Part shown: positions 1 through 14,207 of the stretch, piece after piece
Layout: every line of letters begins with the position of its first letter
Numbering within the stretch: the first letter of the stretch is position 1
Assembly (NCBI GenBank): GCA_021613535.1
Contig: CP075497.1
Span: 5,208,001 to 5,272,000 of the forward strand
DNA length: 64,000 bases
Direction: 5' to 3'
DNA from: Adineta vaga
Taxonomy: Eukaryota > Animalia > Rotifera
The notes under the pieces: model-generated
Told to the model about the DNA's origin: nothing
The model's input: only the letters and a program-made list of their open reading frames with translations
Databases searched by the model: none
Made by a program: the position numbers and the translations under genes

Positions 1-1428
1 AGGATATTCGGTTATCTTGAAATGACAAAAAGAAATGAGATGATTTGATAGAATTTTTCAGTTTCTACATACGCCGAGATTAATGATGCCAAACATTCGT
101 TCCATAAGTGTTCGTAATCGTTTCGTATGTTTCAAATATGAAGTGAGCATTTTCCAGCGTAAATAACGAAAAAATGAAGTGACTTCAAAATCAAGTTCAT
201 AGATAAGAAATGGTTGAGCAAGTTTTTGTACGAGATATTTCATTGTTTGAAGAACATTTTTCGAATAACGTAATTCACAATTAAACATATAATCAATTAA
301 AGTATTTTCACTTAATTTGGAAATATATGTTGCAACTGTCATTTTATTATGACAATTTGAATTTGCTGATAATTGATCATTTTGATTCTCATTTTTCGAT
401 GAAGATGTTTGCTTAGGTTTCAAAACATCTGGAAATGTTTTTGGTGATGAATATGATTCATAGAAAACTGATGGTAATCGTAATGAAGAAAGATTATGGT
501 TGAGATTCTCAATTTGAAGATTCGGTGCAGAAATTGTTAGTTCAATCAAATTAACAGTACGAAATGGTTCTTCACAGTCATTGAACAATTCTTAATGAGA
601 AAGAAAATGAAAATGTCAAAGAAGATAATAGGATAAATAAAGCTTCTTGATTTACTTGAAGGTATATAAATAGTTTCTTGGTTCATATCCATTGATTGTT
701 GTGTATTGATATTTGAAGTAATTGATGATATAGACGAACGGGATTCTTGAGTAATACTTGTTGTACTAGAATTATCAATTTCTGAATCATCGATATCTCC
801 AACAGAAGACAAACGTTCATTCGAAATCTTTTCTAATGATACTTGTTTGTTTTGCATTAATTTCTCTTGATATTTCTGATAGCTTCTCAACGCTTTTTCT
901 TTCACTTTTTTTGGTATTCGACCCATTTTTACACTTTCCATTGCCATACCTCGTTCGAAACATCGTTTTAATCGACATGCTTTACATCGATTACGTGTTT
1001 GAGTATTAATAACACATCTATTACCGAAAAAACATCGGTATATAATATTCTGAGTAATACTTCGTTTGAAGAAACCCTATAATAAACCAAACGAAGTTAT
1101 TCAGTCATATAGACAATGAGTTTTTAAGTAAAAACAAGTAGAACATACTTTACATCCTTCACATGTGATCACACCGTAATGAACTCCTGTCGCTTTATCG
1201 TGACATATTCGACTATAAACAGATCAAGTCAATGAATATTTAAATGGAATTATAAACATACCATTTGCCAAATGGAAATGATAACGTTCCTTTTGGTGTT
1301 TTTTTATTCATAATTATTTCCATTTGATCGTTTTGTTCTTGTTTGAGTTCTTGTTTCACCTGCGTCTGTGAAGCAAACATTGATGAACTAGTATGGAATG
1401 TTTCCATAAAAACCATTTTATTGTTCAT
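1..1428 (-). CDS. Nuclear hormone receptor, NR1-like; multi-exon, 3' end beyond the left edge
   Basis: Spliced exons give a C4 zinc-finger DBD: [28 protein letters not shown]...CFFGNRC...[30 protein letters not shown]. The P-box EGCKG and the GRIP C-terminal extension are typical of NR1 receptors. Start codon is uncertain. Confidence 0.9.
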
Positions 1429-1722
1429 TCGATCAATAATTTCTATGCCTAAAACAAGAAAAAGAAAATAGAAATAAATAAAGAAATTTTCTTCCATACT
1501 ATTAAAAAAATCCCTTTGAATAAAACGCGTTGTTACTCTCTGTGTGTCGTCTTATGCAACTAACGATCATAGACGACTTCAAATAGCTACGACTAGAACG
1601 CAAAAAAAATGTGACGAGGAAAGGAAAGAAAGTTAAAAAAACACAATCTAGAACACAGAATCAACCGATGCTTTTTTTCCTCCTTACATTTTTATGCCAT
1701 ATTTTCTTTTGAAGATGCTGCA

Positions 1723-1748
1723 CTGGAAATCCGTTGACGTCACACCTG
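1723..1748. promoter_or_regulatory. Motif cluster upstream of the nuclear receptor: GGAAATCC, perfect CRE TGACGTCA (1735-1742), E-box CACCTG (1743-1748)
   Basis: Motifs are visible and adjacent, about 300 bp upstream of the ATG. Function is not shown. Confidence 0.3.
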
Positions 1749-3718
1749 TGTTACATCTCGCATGGAAAGTAAAAGAATCTTATGATTATCAGTAAACAAA
1801 TCGAGATTCTATCATACGCTCGAAAACCTAGTCATCTTAGGACTGACAAGAAGAGAATATCATTTCATTTCTGTCATATTGTTACTTTAACGAAAATTAT
1901 AACATTTCAGTTACGAATTATATCGAATAAATAACATTTTATTCGCAACAAAAGTCAGCATAATAAATGAATCTAACAGTGAAGTTTTCTCATCGATGAT
2001 TAACATGAAAAAACATAACTCAGTTTTTCTTCAAGATAAATCTATCTACGGAAATTTAGTTGTATTGATTATGCACTTAATATTATATAAAACTATTTCC
2101 ATTTTAATTTCTTCTCATACTAGATGATCTCTCAATGTACGATACCAATCACATTAGACAAAACGGATCTGGTGAACAACCTTTTTTTTGAAAACTTTTT
2201 CATCTTTTTTTCTTTTGATGAATTATTTCCGAGTATCATATATGGGAGAATAGAAAAACAATTAATAGATTTATAAACAACATAAAGTATAAAATAATAT
2301 AATTAATACGTCTATCTACGTTTCTTCAATTAAAAACGAAAGACAGAGATGATAATGAATAAAACTTTGAATGGCCTGACTCAACTGCATCCTCATTATC
2401 TTCAAGTTCATCAAGTATTCAAATACTCAGTAAATTTCAGCAGGTCATACTTTCTACGAAACCATCTGCTAGCACTAATAATGAAAGTATATTAATGTTC
2501 TATTCATTTTTTGAGAGAGAAATTCGCTAAAATGAAAAGACATATTTATTCAATGAAAAATACTTTAAGAATTAAAATAATCATTTGTGTGTAAATCTCA
2601 CTGTATATATAAATTTTATTTATTCTCGACTCATCGGATATACACAGCGCCTTTAAATTCTGACAAACATCGTACGTAGTAATGCATGTGTCGTATCTCT
2701 CAACAAAAAGATTAAAAGAAAAGCTTGATATTGCTTATTCCAGTTTATTAAATTCAAAGTAAACATCAAATATTAAAACAAGAAGAAGTCGAGCAGAAAT
2801 TTATGATAGAATATCACTCACAAACCTCTAGAAATGTGTGCACTATAACATAATAAGACACTTGAAGTCTTTTAATATGAAGAGAGATAGACAAGACAAT
2901 CGTCAGAAAACTTTTCTGTTAAATATATGTGACATTCTCTCCGATGAAAATATCACTTAGTTCGGACAATATTGTCATATTTTGACCTAAATGTCAGCTG
3001 AAACAGTATCTTGATTAAATGCTCTGAACTATTTTCGGCCAGCTAACATCCACAGCTTTAATCCTTTCAAAAGTCATTTATCATAGTTGACTTTCTATTT
3101 ATTTCTCAATTCCTCAATTTAGATGCTTTATTTTAGTGACCTTCAGCATAATCTAAGGCGTTGATATGCTTAAACGAAACATCACGCTATTTCTTTTAAG
3201 CATCTGAGGATACGATATGTCCCTACCGTACAGAGAATAATTATGAACATAGATTATCTCTTAGTATTTCATTAGATTTCATTTTGATATAGTACTCAAA
3301 TGAACGCACCCAATAGATAAATTTGATCTTAATTAAGATAACTTATATTCTATTGGTAATTATTGGTTAGAGATGATTTAATCTATGCAATATTGCTTCG
3401 TTGATATAAAGAAGAGTATCTCATGAGAATTGATTCACAAAAGATGAAACAATGTCGTAAGATTTTGATAATCTCTAGTTAAGTATGTTGGTTTTTCTAA
3501 AATGAAACTTCCATCGAATACAAACTTTTATTTTAACATTCATTTTTGAAATCATATATGTCACATTTGGTATATAAAACTGCATTTATTCTATATCAAT
3601 CAATAAAATCTTTTTTTTATGTAATAAATTTAATCATTTATATGAAAAACAAAGAGAAAAAAGAAAAGATATGTGAATACGATAATTACAAATTAAACAG
3701 TATAAAAAGAAGTAGAGA

Positions 3719-6700
3719 TTATGATTCATCTTTGCTCTAAAATAAAAAAGAAAGAAAATTGTCAATAAGTATAGAATTAAATCTAAGACTTACAAGAGAA
3801 ATCATCAGTGGTCTTGCAGTTGATGTTGGTTTTCTTATACTACTACTGTTCGTCGTTATGATTGAATCACTTGCACTAACCATGCTTGTGGTTGAATCAA
3901 ATGACATGGTCTGTCGACTTGAATTTGAATGTCTAAATATTGCTTTTGTTGCCGACATAGTCGGATCTTTGTCAACATTTCTTAAAAGATCCGGAAAGTC
4001 AATTATTTTTGATTTATCTATAGATGAGTGTGATGAAGCTTGTTGTTGATCATCAGTTGGATTTTCCACATTGTTAGTGTTGGATTTTATTTGTTCATCT
4101 GTTTTTGATTGTATATTTACTGAATCTGTAGCAACAGAAGTGGTTTCTGATGTATTTCGTTTGGATTTTGATGTTTTATCAGATGAGCCGTCAAATTTAT
4201 GAATGAGATCTTTTAATCCTGACGTTCGTCTGACTAAGGATGGACCTGTTGGTTCAGTATTTGTTGTTGGATTTGTCTCTTTACGAGATGTTCCATTTGG
4301 TGCTGCAGATGACTTCGATGTGGGCTTTTTCAATTCAACCAAACGACCTCGTTGTTTTGATTGAGCAGTAGTTGTAGGGGCAGGTGGAGGAAGTTTTTTC
4401 TTTGTATCTTTTGATGTATTTGTTGCCGATGTTGTTGTTGTTGTTGTTGTTGCTGGCGGTGACGGTGATGTCGTGAGAATCATTTGTGAAGAAGGCATGG
4501 ATCCTGGCTGTGCTGCAGATTGTGGTGGGGGAGGAGGAGGAGGAGATGGCTCTTGTTCAGGTATAACAGCATCTTTTGAGCGAAAACGAAATGGTGAACG
4601 ATGTCGTAGGGTTTTCAATATACCCTTTGATGGTCGATTGCCAGATTGATCTGATTTTCTTGTGGTTCTTTCTTTAGTTTCTAAATCAATATCTTCATCA
4701 AGAAAATGAACAGTTGCTGCTGCTGCTACTGCTGTTGCTGTTGGTGTTGCTGCTGACGCTGTTCCTTTATCTGGCGATTGGACACGAAAACGAAAACGAC
4801 GACTCAACGAAAAAAAACGATTTTTTGATGTACCCATTGCATTACCACTGTTAGCTGCTGTCACCGAACTGGACATTATATCAGATATAAGACTGTCATC
4901 TGGTGATGATATTACAGATGGTAAATGTTCATGACTATTATTTGCATTATTATCGAAACGAGATCGTCGTTGACTTGTACTCGTAGGTATAACTGGATTA
5001 TTTTCCGGAGGAGCTGAAGCTAACCGTTTCTTTGCTGCTAATGCATCAGAATAATTAACTATATTGGTAAAACTATCATCACGAACAATTGATGCACTCT
5101 TTTCGGATTTTCTAAAAATGAAGATGAAAATAATGACGATAAAAGAAGTAGAAGAAGTAAAATTGAATTTTGGACTAACATAGTTTTCTCAACATTACAT
5201 GAATAGAGTTTTCTCCTACTACTGAGAATTTGAGGATATCATGTCTATAAGAACAAAGAATGAAGATTGCTCCTTTTTTCCTCTCCGGATACATACGGTG
5301 AGATCGAACAGGAAGATCATCATTACCATTTGTTTTCCTCTTTTTTTTCTCCTTTTTCTAAAGTGCTACATTATATTTGTATGCAAAATGTCAACAATAA
5401 TAAGAAAAATATTCAGTGGTGAAAAGACATCCCACAAGAGAAAGAAAGAACGAAGAATAATTACTACCGATCATGTCATATATCATTCAATCAATAAAGA
5501 CGATCGTGTCACTCACGTTTTCTTTCTTTCTTTGCCTCTCTCTCGTCATCTCCTCAAAGAATGCTGCAAAACAGAATAACTTTTTTTCTGTTTTCTATTA
5601 TTTTCGATTCAATAGATATTAGAAAGGAAATGAAGTGTCATTTCTTTCATACTTACGCTCGAATAAAATCCATAAAACGACGATATGAGAAGAGATGATC
5701 CTCAACACGATCAATTTTACTTGCAATCTAGTTAATAATCAAATTACATGTCAATATTTCTTATATGAAATATCTAAACAAACCTCTTCAATACTAGCTG
5801 CAGTATTTTCTTGAGCTGAATATGTTTTATCAAACATACGTTGTTTATCTTTATCATTAATTGTAACTGGTAAAGGTACGGAATCATCCATTGTGCCAAC
5901 AATTTCACTTGCACTAGCTGCTCGTCCATCAATAGTTCCATGTGGAAGGTCGATATCGTCTGCTAATGTTTCACGACTAAAACTTGATAAACTTGTTTTT
6001 GTTGTAGCATCATGTTGAAAACTATTCATTGATAATGGACCAATACTTATATCACGAACAAGATGACTAGTATTATCACTACCAGATTTGATCTAGGAAA
6101 AAGAATTACAAAGAACGATTGACAATACGTTTGCTTTGTCTGTACGAGAACAATACCTGTTTTAATAATCGATCAAATTTGAATAAGACTGATTCTTTGG
6201 TATTGTATTGTTGTCTTAATTGTGCATATAAATCACTTTGTTGTTTTCTCCAATAATTCCAATCGGATGAATTCTTATCACGTAAACGTTGCATTTCACC
6301 TTTGAGCAATTGAACATCATCAACAACAACTTCTAATTCTTTGATTTTATTTAATAATAATTCATTTTCTGTCATTAAAATATTGATTTTTTCCGTTAGA
6401 TGACTTGGTGCTTCTCGATTTGTTATCTGTTTCTGCAGATCTTTTAATAATTGTTGAGATTGTTGAAGTTGTTTTTGTAAATCAGTACGTTCTTTTTTCC
6501 ATACTGTATCCAAATCTTTTCGTTGACGTTTATTTACTTTAGATAATTGTTCTTCAAGCTAAATATAAATACAAATAAGTCTTTCTACGAAAAAATACAT
6601 TCGTCTTGTTTACTTCATTGATCTTTCCAGCCAAATCAGTTCGTTGTATTTCCCATTGTTGTTTATCAATATTGAATTTATTTTGTTTCTCTTGACTATG

Positions 6701-9700
6701 CAATTCAAGATCGTATAATTTTTGACGAAGACGATCAACTGCATTTTGTAATTCTAATTTTAATTTAATACTTTCATCATACTAAAATGAAAAAGATGAT
6801 TTGGTTTTTAATATAAAATAAAAACTAATCCATCACTTTGCGTTGTTTTTCTGACATATCTGTTTTAAGTCGTGCCCATGCATGCCCATCAGCATCATAT
6901 TTAACTTGTAATTCTTTATATTTCTTTTCAAAATCTTTAACCATTTTTAATAATTCATCTTTTTCACTATTTGATTGATTTAAACGAAGTTTATAAGATT
7001 CAATTTCAGCATCAATTATTTGTTGACGACATTCAGCTTTCACACGAGCTATTTCATCTTCAATAACAATCGATTTTGGTCGTTCCTATAAACAAATGAA
7101 AATACATTCAAAATAACGGTAGCAAACTTCTCATAAACTAAATCCTAATTTCTTTGAACGAACCATATGTGACACGTAGTAGTCACAGCTTGTCTTTGAG
7201 ATCTCATTGAACTTGATAAAGAGTAGCGTATTCTTCATTCTTTGTTCATATAATAAAAATGTTACTTGAAACTGTCATTTCTCATCAAAGATATATATTC
7301 TATTATAAGAACAACTTGTACGAGAACTTCAAATACGATCGAAAGAAGAAGTACTACTTTAACTGATGATACAGTACAGACGCGACAAATCTAACATTTG
7401 TAAGTCTTATTGGTTTTATACGAGACATATATATGAATCAGTTATAGAAAACATTGATCTTCTATAAAGATCAGGAATAATCTAATAAATTGAATTAATG
7501 CAAAGAAAAAGCAGCTGAATGATAATTGAGTAATATACGCTGACCTTTTCTATTTTTATGATGAAAACTTACGTTCTGTTGAGATAATCGTAAAGATTCC
7601 AAATCATATCTTAACATTTCTTTTTCCATATTTAATTTATCCATTTCTTTCGTCATGCCAACAATCTGTTCTTCTAATTGTTTTCCTAATGTATAATATT
7701 TTTCTTCTAATTCCCGTAATTCCATTCGATGTTTTTGACATTCTTTAACTTTGGTTTCTATAATATCTTCTTTTTCAATAATTTTCATTGATAATTCATT
7801 AACACGTGTTTGTTTTTGATCAAGTTTCTTTTCAAATGTAACGATCGATTGACGTAATTGTTCAACATGTCGAGCATCTTGTAATTGTTTAGCATTTAAT
7901 GATGCTAAACGTGTATTCTCCTTTTGTAATTCATTATTCACACTTTTCTGTTGTTCATAATTCTTTTCAAGTGTTTGATTCGTTAAGATTTGATTTTTTA
8001 ATTGTTCTTCAATTGTTTTCGATGATAATTGTATATCATCAATTGTTGTTTGTAATTGATGACAAATTTGTTGAGTATCTTCAAGTTCATGCTTGGTATT
8101 ATCAAGTTCTTCTAAGAGTGTACAAGTATCATTAGCATCATAAGTTAAATTCGTTAGACGATAACGAATTTTATCAAGAATTTCATGTTTATTCTGTATT
8201 AGATTTAAAAATTCATTTGCTTGTTGAAGAATTGCAGATGTTTGATGATTCACTTTATTGATTGTTGTTGAAGTTTCATCATCCTTATGAACACAAAAGA
8301 GAGATTTTTATTTTTACATAATCAATTGAACAATCTTTTTTTCGTATAATCGATTCTTTTGCTCACTTAATATTTCAAAATTACTGGGTACATTTCATCC
8401 TTGACCCCCGCTAATTATTTTCAATTACATATATATATATATATCAGGGTACGGTTTTCGAGTAGTACTATATCATCTCTATTGCATAACAGTTAAATAA
8501 ACATTTTCCCTCCTCACATTCTTTTTTTTCTTTTTGTCTAAAGAAATCAGCCTAGAGCTGCTAAACAACTTGAGCATGATGCAAAATTCATTACATCTAT
8601 TTCTTCTTAAAAGAAAAACTAATTTCGCACATGAATAATTGACGAGATAAATAACATACCGGTGTTTGTTGATTCCATCGATTTGGACGTAATGATTGTT
8701 GTAAATCGGTAAGAATCTTATCATCAATTTTATTTTCTTTGATAAAATTAATTAGATTCTCTGCAAAAGAAAAACTTTATGTGTAATCAAAACAAAAGGG
8801 AAGATAAATTTACCGATTTTCTCTGTAAATAAATGAAGATCTTCATTAATTGCATCACCAACTCCTTGTTTCGATTGTTCATCGAGTTTAACTAAAAGAG
8901 TTTCTTTTTCCTTTAAATAAAAAAACAAAAAGCAAAAATGAAACTAAAGTCAAATAAAATCAATAATTTCAATTTACCAAAACTGAATTATTCAATTCAT
9001 CTTCTAATCGTAATAATTTATTTTTTAATAAACGAATTTCATCAAATGATGCATCGAGTTGTTCTCGAAGATTTCCTCCACCATCAACACTAACGCCTCG
9101 TCGTGATCGACTTCCATCATCATTGACATGTATATTATTATTACTATTTGATGTTCTGTCAACACTTCGACTTCGTTGTTTTAATATTTTATATTGAATA
9201 CGTAATTGAGAGATTTCATTATCACGATTGGTAAGATCTTGTTTAAGTTGATTCATTTCATCATTAAGTATGGAAATTTTTTGTTGATATGCATTCATTA
9301 AATCTGATATATTATGTCCGTTAACATTCGTTGAAGATTTTATATGAAGATTGCCTCTATTTATATTTGAATTGAACCATGCTAATTCTTCCATCAGAAC
9401 ATATTCTCGAAAAAGTGATTCATATAAATAAACAGATAACTGCCATGAATGATAATCATCATTCGTTTCCTAGACAAGAAAAACTTTTCGTTTTTCAAAA
9501 TTTGATTTTTCTTTTTACCGTTGATAGTTTTTCATCAAATGATTCTTTAAGTGTATCTAAATGTTGTTTTAATGATAGATTTAATTTTTCTGTTATCATT
9601 CTTGATTCTTCGCTTTTTTCTAGTTCAGTATGTAATCGTACACTAACTTCTTTTGCAATTAATAATTCTTCGTCAAGATCACGAACTCGATAATTATCAC

Positions 9701-11671
9701 GGGTTAATTGATGAATTTTTTCTAAAAAAAAAGAAATCATCATTTTTTTTTCTCTCTCTCTCTCTTTCGTGAAACCTTTCATCTTCAACTTGATGTTCAT
9801 TTATGAAACCAATCAAAATAAAAACTCTCGAAAGAAGCTCTATGTTTTCCTTTTTATCAGTCGAAAGATAATCTTACCTTCCAATGTTGTTTTATCAGCT
9901 TCGATATTTTCATTTCGTTTTTCAGCTTTACGTAATTTAAATTGAAGAATACGACAATTTTTAGCTAAAGAAATAAAACAAAAAAAAAGAACAATTTCAA
10001 TTGATATTAAAACATCAGATCATCTTCAACTAACCAGCTATTTCCAATTCTGCTTGTAATTGTTTAAATTCTTCAGCATCTTCCGTACGAAATTGATCAG
10101 TAATTTCATCCATTTCCTAAGAAAATTAACAAATTGATGGATAAATATTTTTCTTTTTTGACATGTTATCCTATACACATCTCGTTTAACCTTATCAATC
10201 ATGTTTAGAGTAAAGTGTTAAAAGAAACAAAGAAGATTATATGAGCATTGTTGATTGAAGAACAAGGCCTGTAAATTATGATCAAATAGCAGAAATCATT
10301 CGCACATCTGTATACGATTGAAAGAGCTTGATCTTTTCATGCATTTAGATCGAGATATATGTATATATATATATACAAATGATTTTTACCCGTCGTATAT
10401 CGTGAAGTTCTTGTCGAAGAGCATCGTTTTGTTGACGAAGTGCTTCACATACAATAATTGGATCAGAAGTTGTGTCTGTAAGACTTTCTAAAATAGACAT
10501 GTTGAGATATAAATGTAAATTTCAAGGATAATTATTCAATGCATATAGGCTTATTATAAAAGCAGAAGAAAGAACTGTACATACGTTTGTTGATTTACTC
10601 TATTCTCTTATTCAAAGAGCACTACTACTACACTTGAAAGGTATCGACGACCGGTTAGGTAATTTAACCGTTTTTGTACAACGATGATAGGCATATCGGA
10701 GTGAGCGATAACGAGTTGAATAGTTGACAACTTTCGAATATATATATATATGTGTATGTTCATGTGAGCACACACGCATGTGTTCTTTCTGACATATTTT
10801 CAAGGTTTTTGATTCTATTAGTTAAACTGTATATACATATTGAGAGAAATATTATTATATATGCTGCTCAACAACTTCATATGCAATTGCTTTTCTTATT
10901 ATCACAGTTGACATTAGTTTCATTGAAGAGAGAAAGGGAGACAAGGAGAAGAAATATAACCTATTCAGGTTAGTTATTTTGTCTTCTACTTAATCAATAA
11001 AAATTCTATTTGTATATTGGATAAGTATTTAGATAAATACTAGAAGAAAAATCATAAACAATCAATATTGTGTCATTATTAGACAGAAGAAATCGAAACA
11101 TTATTTTCATTTTTCTATTCTTTGATAGGAGGTAAGATTAATGATGAACAATGAACAGATGTGTATGTGTCAGATAAAGACTATCTGGTCTATAAGAACA
11201 GAGCGGGAGAGAAATAGAGAGAAAAGGTCAGAATCTGTTCAAATTACGTGATCGACAAAGATAGAAATCATGTAAGCAATACCATCAATTCATAGAATGA
11301 AGATAGATTTATGTTCTTAAATCAAAGTTAAATTGAAGTATAAAAAAAGAAAATGAAGGTTCTTACTCAATGAAATCGTATACAATCGAATTTACTTTTG
11401 TCATTGAAAATAGTCTCTATTGATGAAATTCAAAAAATGTAATTAGACACGGATGAAACTTCATCGTTGAAATACGATTGTCAATCACATTGGATGACAT
11501 ATTCATTATCTATTTGGTTTCTTCACACTCACCTTCATCATTATGATGTTGTTTGATTGTCATCTTCTTCTCGTTGTCACTAGTTGTATCAATGACAGTG
11601 GTAGTGGTGTCAGGTTTTTTATTTCCATTCAATTCAGTCGAAGTTGTTGAAATTTTAACAATTGTAGCCAT
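3719..11671 (-). CDS. SOGA/MTCL-family coiled-coil protein, about 15 exons
   Basis: Spliced EMDEITDQFRTEDAEEFKQLQAELEIAAKNCRILQFKLRKAEKR resembles the SOGA/MTCL signature (NKNCRILQYRLRKAE). Also DLDEELLIAKEVSVRLHTELEKSEESR, long heptad exons and an S/T/P-rich C-terminus. ATG at 11671; last micro-exon SKDES* at 3719-3736. Confidence 0.8.
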
Positions 11672-14057
11672 TGATAATTAAGGTTTTGTAAAAATAATCA
11701 ACGAGTTTAAGGAAACAATCAAGCACAATAAAATAATATTGATGACACCGAGAAACTAACTATCAATAATGCTTTGACTAACATCATCATTGATGAAGAC
11801 AAAATTGTTCAACAATATGTTCGTCTCTTTCTTTTTTCTTTCTCTCTCTCTCTCTCTTCTTCTTACTTTTTTTTCTTTTTCTCTTTCTCCGTGTCTAATA
11901 AATTCTATACCAAAAAAAACGACAATGCACGACTAGTATGAGAAAGAAGAAGACGAAGAAGAAGAAGAAAAGGAATAACTGTACAATACACACGTACGTA
12001 CATACATCAAATGGTTAAAGCAAAAAAAAAACGAGGGAGAACGCAGCGAATTCTTCTTTTCTTCTCTCACTCTTCTGTTCGTCGTTCTCACTTTGGTGCC
12101 AAAGTGTGTACAAGAAAGAGAAGGAGAAGAAAAAAAGACCATATATACGCTCGATACTACTGTGTGTATAAGAAAGATAATCAAGTAATGAAAGAAAGGA
12201 CGAAGGAGTAGGAGGAAGAGAAACAGGGTAGGAATAAAAAGTGCTTTGCATATACATAATGGAAGTTATCAGGCATTTTTCTTCGTCGCTTTTTTTTTGC
12301 TGATGCTTTTACCAATTACCATCGACTAGAGATATTGGAAATGGTTCCAAGATGATAATGATGATGAGACAAGCAAACGGGAGACATCAATGTATCCCAT
12401 CATCTTCTCTCTCTTGCGCGTTACTTGAGTTTCTTTTAACGATGATTATATTGTCGAGCCAATCGATGCGGTCAAGGAGTGTTGTTATTAGTGTGTGTGT
12501 GTGTGTGTAGTATCTGGTGGTATGTTTGCACGTTGATCAAAAGCAATATCTCCATGAGTTGTCGAAGTTAAATACACACATTACCAACCTCTCTAACGCA
12601 TTCCATGTTCGATCAATAGTGTAAAAGATGTTCTATTAATAACAAATTACGTCATAATTCCTTGAAGAAATCAGATCTCGGATAAATAATTGTTCGATTA
12701 TTTGTTTTGATTTGCATGATGACATTTTAACTTTCATTGGAAAATTGAGAAGAAAAATCTCTTATAAAAATATTTTCCTACAAGAATTCTATTCGATTTT
12801 ATGATAAGTATTGTTAATTCGATTATTATTCTGTTTCGATGATTTAGTATAATAATATTTGTATTATCAAGTGTTGTTACTATCAATCATAAATCTATCT
12901 ATCATCAAGAACATTCATTCTTTTTATATTTTATTTTATCTACTTATCGATTGAGAAATGTAATCAATTTAGATATAAAAAAGAAAAGATTTGTTACTTT
13001 AATTCTCTTGAGATAAATTATTAATCAATAGAAATCTAGCATTTTCTTCATACATTATTAAATAGGGCAGATTTTTCTTTAAATATATATATATATATGA
13101 GAAGAGAACTTAATTAAAATAAACTTTGAGTAACGAATACAATGTTTCTAATCAAGGAGAAAAGGTAGTTTTTCATAGAAATTTGGATTGTTATTTCAAG
13201 CAATTGTATGAATATCATTTATACTTGTCAATATAAATATTTGATGTGAATGAAATTTATCGATGTTAATGGCTTTGGTGACTGACATGTAAAAAAATTC
13301 TAAATGAGTGATGAAAAGCGAGAAAAAAAAACACGAACAGAACATGAAATAATATTAACACTAATAGAAGATTGTATTTATATAAAGAGAAAAGGGTCCA
13401 GTTGAATCTATGATGAATACACATATCTATACAAAAAAAATCTCTCCATGAATCATTTCCCCTGTGGATAAATATATCGTGATTGTATCTACAGTAAAAT
13501 AATAATTATTTTTATCTTTATTTCGAGAAAAGAAGAAAAGGAAAGCTTGAGAATATCACTCTCGTTGATAAATATCTTTCTATTCAGTACTGTTGAAAAA
13601 CGCCAGAGTGAATAACAAAAAGCGATGAAATATCATCAGAGAAATACTTTTTCCAGCTGAAAGCAGACATGTTTACAATGATTAATACCAAAGTATTGTA
13701 GACAATAACAGATATACATATTTCCATTCATCATATTGTTTAACTTCCTTCATGTATTCTATGTGTATGCAATACTAATTTACGACTATTAAGATGTTGA
13801 TAATCAAAGCATACTAATGATCATATTTCTATGTAGAGAATATGAAATTGATTGGATGTTGTTGACATAGAAAGTGACTATTTAAAAGTCACAAAGAAGA
13901 TTACTTTGGTGTCTAACAAACAAATATGGAGTTCTTTATTACGAAAGATAAGACATATCAAGTATTCTTCCTATTGCAATTATATAAGTAAAATAGGAAT
14001 TACTTTTCTTTGTTCATTCGATTCTAATTGCTATGTGAAAACAAAAGAAATGAAATA

Positions 14058-14060
<3 letters not shown>

Positions 14061-14088
<28 letters not shown>
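14061..14088. repeat. (AT)14 microsatellite
   Basis: Seen directly. Similar (TA)n, (TG)n and (GA)n tracts are scattered through the window. Confidence 0.95.
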
Positions 14089-14207
14089 CTATGTACATGT
14101 AAGTATTCTATTTTTCTTTGTCGTTAAGAATCAATGAGCAAGAAACAAACAAAAATGCGAAATAAAAATGAATCAATCGATCATTGTTCAAAGAGTTTGA
14201 TTGGAAT

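Noticed and set aside
3759-4049. Plus-strand 96-aa ORF and similar antisense ORFs (7899-8135, 9379-9693, 30021-30299, 34503-34820, 54134-54391)
   Set aside because: These are shadows of real minus-strand exons with no independent motifs.
8381-8470. (TA)n followed by CAGGGTACGG, like a Tc1/mariner end
   Set aside because: No matching opposite terminus and no transposase found.
10548-10568. GGCTTATTA resembling the start of a rotifer spliced-leader sequence as I recall it
   Set aside because: Only about 9 nt match, with no downstream donor or Sm site.
11933-12257. Overlapping short ORFs upstream of the SOGA-like gene, and similar ones at 21452-22948, 37752-38097 and 47032-48420
   Set aside because: Translations of purine/pyrimidine tracts and microsatellites; no coding signature.
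13554-13614. Imperfect hairpin TCACTCT-CGTT...AACG-CC-AGAGTGA, possible pre-miRNA
   Set aside because: Short stem with several mismatches; plausible by chance in AT-rich DNA.
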